DNA of 64,000 bases. It comes from Tubiluchus corallicola. Its lineage: Eukaryota; Animalia; Priapulida. Shown here piece after piece: positions 55,249 through 64,000 of this stretch; positions within the stretch are counted from its first letter, which is position 1, and each line of letters opens with the position of its first letter. Under the pieces are notes generated by a model, which saw nothing but the letters and a program-made list of their open reading frames with translations, was not told the origin of the DNA and did not search any database. The DNA lies in assembly GCA_030141605.1 (NCBI GenBank), contig JAQGDQ010000003.1, positions 620,001-684,000 on the forward strand, in the 5' to 3' direction. Position numbers and translations under genes: made by a program.

Positions 55249-58200
55249 TCATGATTTTTGTCTAATGAAATCATTGTAGCCTTCCTTGTTACGTGCTACT
55301 TCAACTGCAAGGAACTGAATTCTTGTAACTAGAAAAACAAAACAAGAACAGGCTGTTACGTGCTACTTCAACTGCAAGAACCACATAAAACAACGGTCAA
55401 CTAACTAATGGTAATGCTAATGGTAATGGTAAACTACTGAGACCACTGAATGCAATACGGCAAAAAACTACCTGAAGAGAACAACCCATCTGAAGAATGA
55501 CACTTGCCTCCGACCAAAGCGGACTGTGATGTGAAATAGTATGATACACAGTCACAAGTCAGCTTTGGCTGGATTGTAAGCATCGACATGTCTTTCACCA
55601 GAGTCACACAGAAAAACACCAACCTAAAATGGTATTTTCTTCAGAGTAGTCTTTTTTGCAGTCGATTCGCAGCAAAGTGCCAAAATTGAATTCCTCTACC
55701 TTCCCATCATAGTGACTGCAAAATTTGCGCCATAACTGAAAAAACAAAAAATATAAAATATAAAAAATATAAAATGACAAATAATATTAAGCAGATGAAA
55801 CTTTGCAGCTAGTGCATCACCAAAATGTCTGTGATATGAAATTGATGATGAGCACATCAGCAGACGATTTGGTCCACACAGTACAAACGGAGCCACTGCT
55901 TGAATACGCAAAAAATGCACAGGGCTGAAGAAGGCAGCAATGCAAAGTACATCAATAGTAGTAGAAGGAAGAAGAACAAGATGCTGAAGCATCACCAAAT
56001 GGTCTGTGATATGGAAACGAAAAACACACCAGCAGACAATTTGGCTGACACATTAACAAACAACTGCCATGCAAAGTACATCAGCAGAAGCACTGAAAAA
56101 GGCAGAAACATGTGGCAATGCAAGGCTTCGAGGAACAAGATGCTGCTGCATCACCAAATGGCCTGTGATATGAAAATGAAAAGCACACCAGCAGACAATT
56201 TGGCTGACACAGTAACAAACAACTACAATGCAAAGAACAGTAGCAGAAACACTGAACAAGGCAGTAATAAAAAAAGCTTTGAAGAACAAGATAAGATGCT
56301 GCTGCATCACCAAATGGTCTGTGATATGAAAATGATGAAGCACATCAGCAGACAATTTGGCTGACACAGTAACAAACAACTACAATGTAAAGTACATCAG
56401 CAGAAACACTGAAGAAGGCAGTAAAAAAGCTTTTGAAGAACAAGATAAGATGCTGCTGCATCACCAAATGATCTGTGATATGAAAATGATGAAGCACACC
56501 AGCAGACAATTTGGCTGACACAGTAACAAACAACTACAATGCAAAGTACATCAGGAGAAGCATTGAAGAAGGCAGTAACAAATAATGGCAATCCAAAGCT
56601 GTGAAGAACAAGATGCTGCTGCATCACCAAATGGTCTGTGATATGAAAATGAAGCACACCAGCAGACAATTTGGCTGACACAGTAACAAACAACTACAAT
56701 GCAAAGTACATCAGCAGAAACACTGAAGAAGGCAGCAATAAAAAAAGCTTTGAAGAACAAGATAAGATGCTGCTGCATCACCAAATGGTCTGTGATATGA
56801 AAATGATGAAGCACATCAGCAGACAATTTGGACGACACAGTAACAAGAAACTGCAAGATGTGTAGCATAAGGAAAATGCAAAGCTTGCGAAGCACAAAAT
56901 ACAATTGCACCACCAGCTGGTTTAAGAAATGAAAAGCACATCAGCAATACACCAACGAAAAACCGTAAAAAGAATAGCTGTGTGAAACTGTAAGGCAATA
57001 CAATTGCCTTACAGCAGACAATTTAGCTAACACAGACTTGTGACTAAAACTAGAGAACTGATGGCCCCTCTAAACATGATCATCAATAAGAAAAGCATGT
57101 ATGAAATGGTATTTACATCAAAACAGCAGCATCTGGCAACAAATCTTGCATCACCAATGTGACTGTGATATGAAGAAACAGAACATTTCACAGAAACTTT
57201 GGCGAGCAAAAAAAGTTCAGTCCAAATCCCAATTTCAAGCAAGTATTAGTATTAAACTAATGCTGAATTCACTTTTTGATGCAAATAGAAAACAGCCATA
57301 TTACCACTTTAGCATCAGCAGATTTCAATTTTTCCTCATCCACAACATCTACGTGAAAATTTGCGAATGCTTCCCGAAAATGCTTATAAATGTCTTCGTC
57401 ATGAGGCGTCAGACGAAGCAAGCGTGGGTCCACTGCACACAGAAGCTGCAATGAAAAATAAACCAACTGTAATAAAAGCATCACGTTACCACGTTTTAGA
57501 AAATAAATTTCATAATTAAGACGCTCTGTTGCAAAATTACAACGCGCTTAGTTTGCAAGGATACCAAATTAAAAAAGTTAACCAAGAACACGAAAATTCT
57601 AAAAAAAGGCGTTCTATATACTCACGTTGAAGTAAATTTCAGCATGTTCATAAGCTTTCACTGCCCACTGAAGCTCCAACTGAGGCTGCAAAAGAAAAGC
57701 GCACAGGCGTCATTCATGGTTATGCGGGCTTACACGATGTCCTGCTATACCAACTACACACGTTATATATACATGATCCGTGAAGCCTGGCTGAGCGCGC
57801 CAGCGTCGTTCTGTACATATGCATAAATGAGCTAAGAGTCTGCCGCGATCAGGCAGGCCTTAGTACCACAGCTTTGGTAATCGACTCTCTGATAGATCTC
57901 TACTTCATTCAGCTAATAGATACGCTTAATGAGGGCACAAAGAACGACTGGGCAAAGCCTCGTTAACACCAAGTAGCAGCCAACAGCTGGTGGTCAGGTT
58001 ACAATAATTCCCGGGCGTTGCTGAGACGTTAGAGGGACGCTACGACAATGTGGGCGATAAAAATTCACCCATCACGTAAAGCAGCAAATAAACAAATAAT
58101 AGATAGCATCATAGCAAAGAATTTGACAGTAGGGGTTACAGAAACAAATTCGCATAATTTCCTTTTCTGCACAATTATCAACCTTGCACTATACACTATA

Positions 58201-61200
58201 AAAGAAATTTTAGTGCTTAACACTTTCAGGATTCTGTATAATTTTACTTAAACACTGTACTCACTCTTTAGTTATAATAAAATGTTTAAAATTCTACAGG
58301 AAAACAAACGACATCTGGGTTTGACACTCTAAAAATGCAAATAATGAATAAATATTTGCAGTTTCTTCGTTCTTTCTTTTATTCTTTTTTCTCGCAACAA
58401 AAAATTAAATGCAATTTCTTTGTCAAATTTAAAATTCAGAAGTAGAAAAAAGAAACAGACAATAATTTAAAAACAAAAATTATCTTTTACTTCTAGTTGC
58501 AATACAAAAACACCATACACTACACACGGGGTAGAGAAGGGGCCTGAGATGGCAGAATGGGTAAAACTGTAGGAGAAAATGAGAAAAAAATAAAATCTTG
58601 AATGACACTTTTATCGGAATCATTGCCATTGAGAAAGGTTAAGGAAATATTTATACACACGTCATAGACGCCAGCACGTAGGCTAATATTGAAACTATAA
58701 ACTGTGAAAAACTAATATATTTTGACTCAAAGAAGTTAGGACGAGTAAAAATATAAAATGGAATTTAATGAAGTCACTTCTCAATAAATAAAAGGCAAGT
58801 CGCTCCCAAGAAATAATAAATAAAGAATAAGACGAAACTTTACAAAAGATTGAGTGCAATAAGCAAAGAGAGAGCAAAGAAAAAATTCTGAATTAAACTT
58901 AATTAAAATGCATTGCATCTTAAAGCTAAGCTAAAGAAGGAAAACATCACAAATTTCCTAAAAAAATTCTTGATTTCTATAGCCTTTTTAGTTTAGTACT
59001 AAAATCACCAATTGCTGTTTTGATTTTTCTCGAATGTAACTTTTGACATTTTTCTATCAAAAGCTGTGGTACGTGAATGACATACTGAAAAATTATTATT
59101 AAAATAGTAGATGCACTATTTTAGGTACAACAGTGTTGTTTTTAGGCATATATTCAGACAAGAGACGACTCCAGGCAAACAAAAATACAGTTACACAATT
59201 ATTTATGATTATGCACTTAGTTCAAACTGCTGATTACTTATCGATGATTTCATTTATTTTTATTCCTACTGTTTTATCACTGATTCATTTCCTTTATTTT
59301 TATCACAGTTATCTTTAGTTTAATGAATTACAATTTTCATAGCTTGATATTCATATTGTTTTGTTTGTTAATTTAAATATTGTTTCATCCTATTTGCCAT
59401 ACTTATTTATTTATTTTGCAACTTGAATTATAAACTCATTTGAATTCACTATGTTAATTTTTTTCCCCCGTTATCATATTTATTTTTCTTTTTATTTTCA
59501 AAATGTCGGTTATTATTTCCTTGCCCATATTTGTCAGGTCATATAACTTTCTTTAATTTTGGATAGGGGTGCTTGACCTGGTGATGATTTACAATGTTCA
59601 CGGTTTGACAATGCATCATTCTTTTTTCTTTGGTTCTTCTGTTGGCTTGATTTATATTCAATTTTTAGTTTTGTTTTTGTTGAACTGGATTTTGTCTCTT
59701 GACTTACATTCAAATTTTTGTTTTGTTAGCTAATTAAAATTTCGTCTGATCTCATTTGCCATATTTATTTACTGTTTCTAATTCTAAACTCATCTGAACG
59801 TGTCTCAATTTCTGCCAAGTTACTGATTATTATTTATTTGTACATAGCTACTTTGACAGGTCACTTAATTTTCTTTAATTTGGACAAGGGTGCCTGACCT
59901 GGTGACCGTTGGTCTTTTTGTCACACCATCTCTTTTCCATCTTTTTTGTAGTTTTTTGCTTTTGCTTATTTTCATCTTGTAAAAATTTAGAGACAAATAA
60001 ATTACTTACTTACTATTTAGAAAATCTTCCATCCAATGATGATACGGGGCAAATATTGACATCTTTGACTGCATTTGGCAATTTTTGGGATTGCCACATG
60101 TGATCTTTGATGCCATGATCAAGGCAAAACATTACCTTTACCTATGACCTAGCATCTACACTGTCTACACCTGACATTTTGCAGTACCAAAACCTATAAC
60201 ACCTTAGTTGCAATTATTCAAATGCTAGTTCTCAGTCTCTGGGGGAGGAGGTAAAATAATTTTGTCAATGTTGAGTTGTTAGTAGGTGACAGGTCATGGG
60301 TCTAATTACTCGTCGTGAGCTCTGATAACTGTAGGCAATATCTTGAATTCTGATCTTTGACCCCAGAATTATTGCATGCCATGGCCAAAAAGTTGTCACT
60401 AATCACCTAAGGTTGCCTAGCAGAGCTGACAATTTGCAGGACAAAACCTGTCTTATAAAACTATAGTTACAATTATTCGGATGCTAGATCAATGCTGTCT
60501 CCTTCCCTGCAGGAGGGGGTAAAATATATTTGCTATCTTGAGTTGTCAGTGGGTGACAAGTCACTCTAATTCATCAAACTATTCTGCGCCTGCTACTGAC
60601 ATTACTACCTATGTAGCATTGTTCTGGATATGTCGATTGGTGAGTCTGACCATCATCTTGTACCCCATGCCAATGACAAGGACAAGCTGATGCTGACGGT
60701 ATAGGTCAACCAGACTAAGTAAGTGAGGAGCACATGCTGAATGCAATATGAACTTGTCATGTAACAATTAAAATAATTTTTATTATGATATTTAGTATAA
60801 GTAATAGAATGGAATAATAGCTACATAAACACTAAACAATACTGATTACCAATGTATCATCTAGTGAAATTATGTGCAAGTGATCAATGGGTTTAATCTT
60901 GGATCATCAATTCAAAACACATTTCCTTTACTATTTTGCTGGGTAGATAATCTCGACACTAAATAAATTAAGCTTAAGTAATGGGTCATCTGCATTGCAG
61001 GGTATTACGAACTTGATTTTAAGATATATGACTACTACAATAGAATACAACGAACATTACCTAGGTAAATGTAGGTAATATATATTTATTAAAGCAGTCT
61101 TTTTCACGTTGAGAAAGTCTATGTACTAGAATTTAGATCTCACTTGAGGCCTCCAAAATGTGCTTAAATACAGAAAAATGTGTTGGTGGCCGGGGCTCAC

Positions 61201-61902
61201 CCCGGGCCTTGCTGGGGGAGCTTACATCGCTCAACCAGACCCTCTAACTGCTTGTGCGTCAAATTTTTTAAACTTTGGCGGTGCCCATGAATGATTAGTT
61301 TTCGAGTAAATTTCAAAGTTACAATTATAATTACAAAAGAGAACACAGTTTAATGTGTTTTTCAATTTTGTATTATTGAAAGGTGTACACTCACTGTACA
61401 GAGAAAATGATACAAAGAAAAATTGACACCAACAGCATCATGCATTCTTGCGTTGTTTGATGGCTAAACAAAGATAATATAAAATTATGAAACAACAATA
61501 TAATTAAAATGTGTGCATGAATTTATAATGAATCATAAAGTCGCATAGAGGCGTACTAAAGTATTTTACCAAGTCATATTATATCGCCTCATTTGACTAA
61601 TTATACTAAAGTAAATACTAATTCCCTAAACTCATTTGCAGCTCTGATTAAACAAATAATATTTTCAGAGAAACTACTGTCACCATTTCTATTAAGGAGA
61701 GCAGCTCTAGCAAGCGTAACATAACTATTTTGCGAATATAATTTCTGATGTCGGTTTATGAAACATTTGGGTCAAAATCAAAAGGCAATGAACTTACCAA
61801 AGTATATGTACTAATAATATGCATCTATAAACTTACATTATTTCCAAATGATTCAGCTGGTTGCGACAGGACAGAAGCTGCACTAAGCATCCCATCAACC
61901 CC
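55249..61902 (-). CDS. PBDC1: Polysaccharide biosynthesis domain-containing protein 1 (UPF0368/CXorf26); first exon not identified
   Basis: Exons 5'->3': 61902-61837 (GVDGMLSAASVLSQPAESFGNN), 57685-57626 (PQLELQWAVKAYEHAEIYFN), 57445-57305 (LLCAVDP...KLKSADAKV), 55735-55624 (LWRKFC...FNFGTLLRIDC...EENTIL), 55328-55249 (TRIQFLAVEVARNKEGYN...*). Colinear with human PBDC1; AATAAA on the minus strand at 55165-55160. Confidence 0.95.
55509..55573 (-). ncRNA. mir-2: Divergent miR-2/miR-11-family pre-miRNA in the last PBDC1 intron
   Basis: Hairpin uccagccaaagcugacuugugacugug-loop-cacaucacaguccgcuuuggucgga. The 3' arm CAUCACAGUCCGCUUUGGUCGG has seed AUCACAG and matches miR-2 (UAUCACAGCCAGCUUUGAUGAG) at 16 of 22 positions. 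Confidence 0.7.
55813..55880 (-). ncRNA. mir-2: miR-2/13-family pre-miRNA, array copy
   Basis: 3' arm UAUCACAGACAUUUUGGUGAUG (55836-55815) pairs with 5' arm accaaaucgucugcugaugug. Confidence 0.75.
55988..56052 (-). ncRNA. mir-2: miR-2/13-family pre-miRNA, array copy
   Basis: 3' arm UAUCACAGACCAUUUGGUGAUG (56011-55990) pairs with 5' arm gucagccaaauugucugcuggugug. Confidence 0.8.
56146..56212 (-). ncRNA. mir-2: miR-2/13-family pre-miRNA, array copy
   Basis: 3' arm UAUCACAGGCCAUUUGGUGAUG (56170-56149); hairpin as in the other copies. Confidence 0.8.
56302..56369 (-). ncRNA. mir-2: miR-2/13-family pre-miRNA, array copy
   Basis: cugugucagccaaauugucugcugaugug-cuucaucauuuu-cauaucacagaccauuuggugaugcag forms about 26 pairs with 2 single-nt bulges and 1 mismatch; predicted mature 56326-56305. 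Confidence 0.85.
56456..56523 (-). ncRNA. mir-2: miR-2/13-family pre-miRNA, array copy
   Basis: 3' arm UAUCACAGAUCAUUUGGUGAUG (56480-56459). Confidence 0.8.
56619..56683 (-). ncRNA. mir-2: miR-2/13-family pre-miRNA, array copy
   Basis: 3' arm UAUCACAGACCAUUUGGUGAUG (56643-56622). Confidence 0.8.
56773..56840 (-). ncRNA. mir-2: miR-2/13-family pre-miRNA, array copy
   Basis: 3' arm UAUCACAGACCAUUUGGUGAUG (56797-56776); 5' arm cugugucguccaaauugucugcugaugug. Confidence 0.8.
56908..57035 (-). pseudogene. Disrupted miR-2 array copy
   Basis: The mature arm is decayed and lacks the seed (caccaccagctggtttaag). The star arm is split (cacatcagca ... cagcagacaatttagctaacacag) by about 65 bp of extra sequence. 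Confidence 0.55.
57146..57209 (-). ncRNA. mir-2: miR-2/13-family pre-miRNA, most 5' and most divergent array copy
   Basis: 3' arm UAUCACAGUCACAUUGGUGAUG (57170-57149). The 5' arm cucgccaaaguuucugugaaaug resembles canonical mir-2/13 star arms (caaagugguugugaaaug). Confidence 0.8.
57690..58085. promoter_or_regulatory. CpG-rich intronic island, candidate internal promoter or enhancer
   Basis: GC and CpG content is sharply higher than in the flanking intron. Contains a minus-strand TATATAA-like element near 57764-57771, an E-box cagctg and Sox-like acaaag/acaatg motifs. Confidence 0.45.
59533..60565. repeat. Two pairs of diverged direct duplications rich in aggtca/tgacct motifs
   Basis: caggtca...ttctttaattt.gga.a.gggtgc.tgacctggtga occurs near 59533 and 59855. 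ctgaca.tttgcag...caattattc..atgctag...ggtaaaata...tgagttgt.agt.ggtgaca.gtca occurs near 60170 and 60426. Confidence 0.75.
61140..61290 (+). mobile_element. Remnant of a dispersed GC-rich MITE-like family; a related end fragment lies at 52456-52523
   Basis: ggccggggctcacccgggccttgctgggggagcttacatcgctcaaccagaccctctaactg is a degenerate version of a widespread invertebrate repeat; 52456-52523 carries gtgctcccctagacccctagct...tatctgcccctg. Confidence 0.55.
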
Positions 61903-61962
61903 CTGCAAATATACAACGCACAAATTCAGAATTATATAATGTGAAACAATTATGTATTTTAC

Positions 61963-61993
<31 letters not shown>

Positions 61994-63347
61994 TATATTT
62001 CATAAAGCGCACTTTCAAGCACAGTGCTTTCAAAATCGTTGTACAGTAAAACGTCATATATACAGATGCACAATAGAAAGCGAAAGACAACTGCAACAAA
62101 ACTATGTAGAGCAATTGATCTTTTTATACTGTAATTCTGCTTTAATATCTGTACAAATTACAACTCTAAAGTCCGTGTCACACAGAGCAGAACGTAAGGA
62201 GCAAGCCATACAGTGTCTTCCACCTCACAAAAGGCATTTTACGTAATCCTGCATGCTCCTTACTCTAAATAGTAAGGCACTAGAGCAATACGCATATCGT
62301 AATAAAAGATATCATGATGCACCATTACAGGCCTACAATAGTATTAAATGAAAACCAGACCCAATCGTAAACTGTAAGTCAAAACAATCTGCTCTTTAAA
62401 ACATTGAAAGAATGACTTATGTGAAAGAATTAATACTACACAAAAGCAATTTTGTGTTCCTGTAACTAGTTTTTCGTTGTTACGTGCATTTCGCAATTCG
62501 TTACATACATGGGCACTAGTGCCTGGATGTTCGAGAGCTCGTGCCGTGAGCACACCGGTATATTTAAAATTTAAATTTCTATCTTAAAATTTGGCAAGTT
62601 TTTGTATATTACACTGAATGTTGTATAGCAGCACTGTACTTCAATTTCTGCATTTGCAAACACGTTCAACACGCTCACAGAATACTTGTACTGTGATGTC
62701 TGTTTGTTTGTTCGTGATGTCATCAGTAGCTTCGAAAATTAATACCTTCGTTGGTCGATGGTACATTAAAAGTAGTGAAATATTTGCTAAACTAACTACA
62801 ATTTATGTCTACTTTTTTATGTCTACTATGGCTATTTTCCACTTAACTTGAAATCCTGTAGCTGGGCTAACTCAATTATTTCTAGTAAACTTTTCAAAGT
62901 GTCAATAAAATGCGCTAATAATATTTTAACTGATGACACCAAAGTTGATATTGCATTCACTCTTCTTTAAATATCAGGCAATTTAAATATTAAGGCTCAA
63001 CAATCAACATACTTTAACAGCCCTAATTATTATAATACAGATAATTTGTGTCACATTGTAGTGATCCTGTAGTACGCACTACAGCTCAAATTATGGAGGA
63101 AAGGTGCACCTTTTACATAAATTTGAATGTTTTTGTAATCATCACTTCCCATCATAATGTATTTAAAGGTAACTATATTTCATTTTTTCTTTCCCATGGT
63201 TTAACAACATACATGATTTACGCCAAATATCTACAAACCAAAATTACTTAGATCCCAATAAAAATAATTATCACAAATGCAAAAACTAAGCAAAGTTTAA
63301 CTTAATAGTCGCAATATGTCTCTTCTTCTCTTTCCCATGATTGAACA

Positions 63348-63517
63348 TTACTCTATACCTTTTTGTCCACTACAAGATGAAACTTTTATGTTACTCTATA
63401 CCTTTTTGTCCACTACAAGATGAAACTTTTATGTTACTCTATACCTTTTTGTTCACTAGAAGTTAAAACTCTTATGCGACTCTATCCTTTTCGTCCACTG
63501 GATGCTAAGTTTTTATG
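63348..63517. repeat. 43-bp minisatellite, 4 copies
   Basis: ttactctatacctttttgtccactacaagatgaaacttttatg at 63348 and 63391 (identical), and diverged copies at 63434 and 63477. Confidence 0.92.
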
Positions 63518-64000
63518 TTATTATTTAAGCAACAATCGTCTTAAATGCACAACTGATAATGAGTAACATTTCTGGGAGGTGGCAGCTTACCTTGACAACT
63601 TATAGTTGTTTCTCCAACCTTCCTTTCAATATAACGACTTGTGACTTTTCTAGTGTCAATACATGTTGTATAAAATTACAATTTTTAGTTACTCATCTTG
63701 TTATTATAAATGGTGATAAATAAACCCCTCCATCACAATAAGACCCATTACTTAAGAAATTTGCTTAAGTAATGTAATATTCATTTGCTTATTAGAAATC
63801 CATGCTGTATAATGATAATGTACATATTTAGAATTTATATAAGTATCAGATATGGATGCAACGGATCCCCTTTTGCCATTGCCAGATCGGATACGGATCC
63901 GCATGTGCTGGATGCAGTTCCGGATCTACAAATGAATGCAAACAACATATCATTTGTTTAGCCTTTTGTTCATGTGGTTCATGCATAACCTGTCGATTTT

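Larger units (their letters stand above)
55813..57209 (-). repeat. Tandem array, monomer ~154-175 bp, one pre-miRNA hairpin per monomer
   Basis: The catcaccaa anchor recurs at 55815, 55990, 56149, 56305, 56459, 56622, 56776 and 57149, with a degenerate copy at 56908. Confidence 0.95.

Noticed and set aside
55813-57209. CRISPR array, or plus-strand C/D-box snoRNA array (atgatga...ctga)
   Set aside because: The context is eukaryotic, the spacers are homologous rather than unique, and there are no cas genes. The box-like words are antisense to the host, missing in several copies and explained by the hairpin loop and star arm.
55696-57242. Many overlapping 60-154-aa ORFs on both strands of the array
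   Set aside because: They are by-products of the repeat; frames shift between monomers and the region is a PBDC1 intron.
62660-62740. Another CAUCACAGU-containing miR-2-like hairpin
   Set aside because: Only about 8 scattered pairs with the putative 5' arm, and no family similarity beyond the seed.
1-64000. Telomerase RNA, hammerhead ribozyme, rRNA or intact tRNA genes
   Set aside because: By eye I found no full CTAACCCTAA-type template, no CTGATGA..GAAA core with closing stems and no complete cloverleaf; an Infernal or tRNAscan run would be needed to exclude them formally.

Overview
AT-rich, intron-containing animal genomic DNA, probably from a protostome invertebrate because miR-2-family hairpins are present. 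Five spliced protein-coding genes can be rebuilt with GT-AG junctions and consistent phases: the 3' part of a sideroflexin (+, 167-6142), a ~2,580-aa ALMS1-like gene (-, 10259-25343), phosphoserine aminotransferase PSAT1 (+, 31728-38450), carnosine N-methyltransferase CARNMT1 (-, 44635-52846) and PBDC1 (-, 55249-61902, start not fixed). The main result: the ~155-bp repeat array in a PBDC1 intron (55813-57209) looks like satellite DNA but is a tandem-amplified cluster of miR-2/miR-13-family (K-box) pre-miRNA hairpins on the host-gene sense strand. It has 8 intact copies and 1 disrupted copy. A ninth, divergent hairpin and a miR-71-like 11-mer lie in the next intron, and a CpG-rich putative internal promoter lies just upstream. 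Also present: MITEs, LINE and transposase fossils, a candidate ATF4 response element and a candidate mitochondrial presequence at PSAT1, and several intronic islands of nested base-pairing. All calls were made by eye; no searches or folding programs were run.
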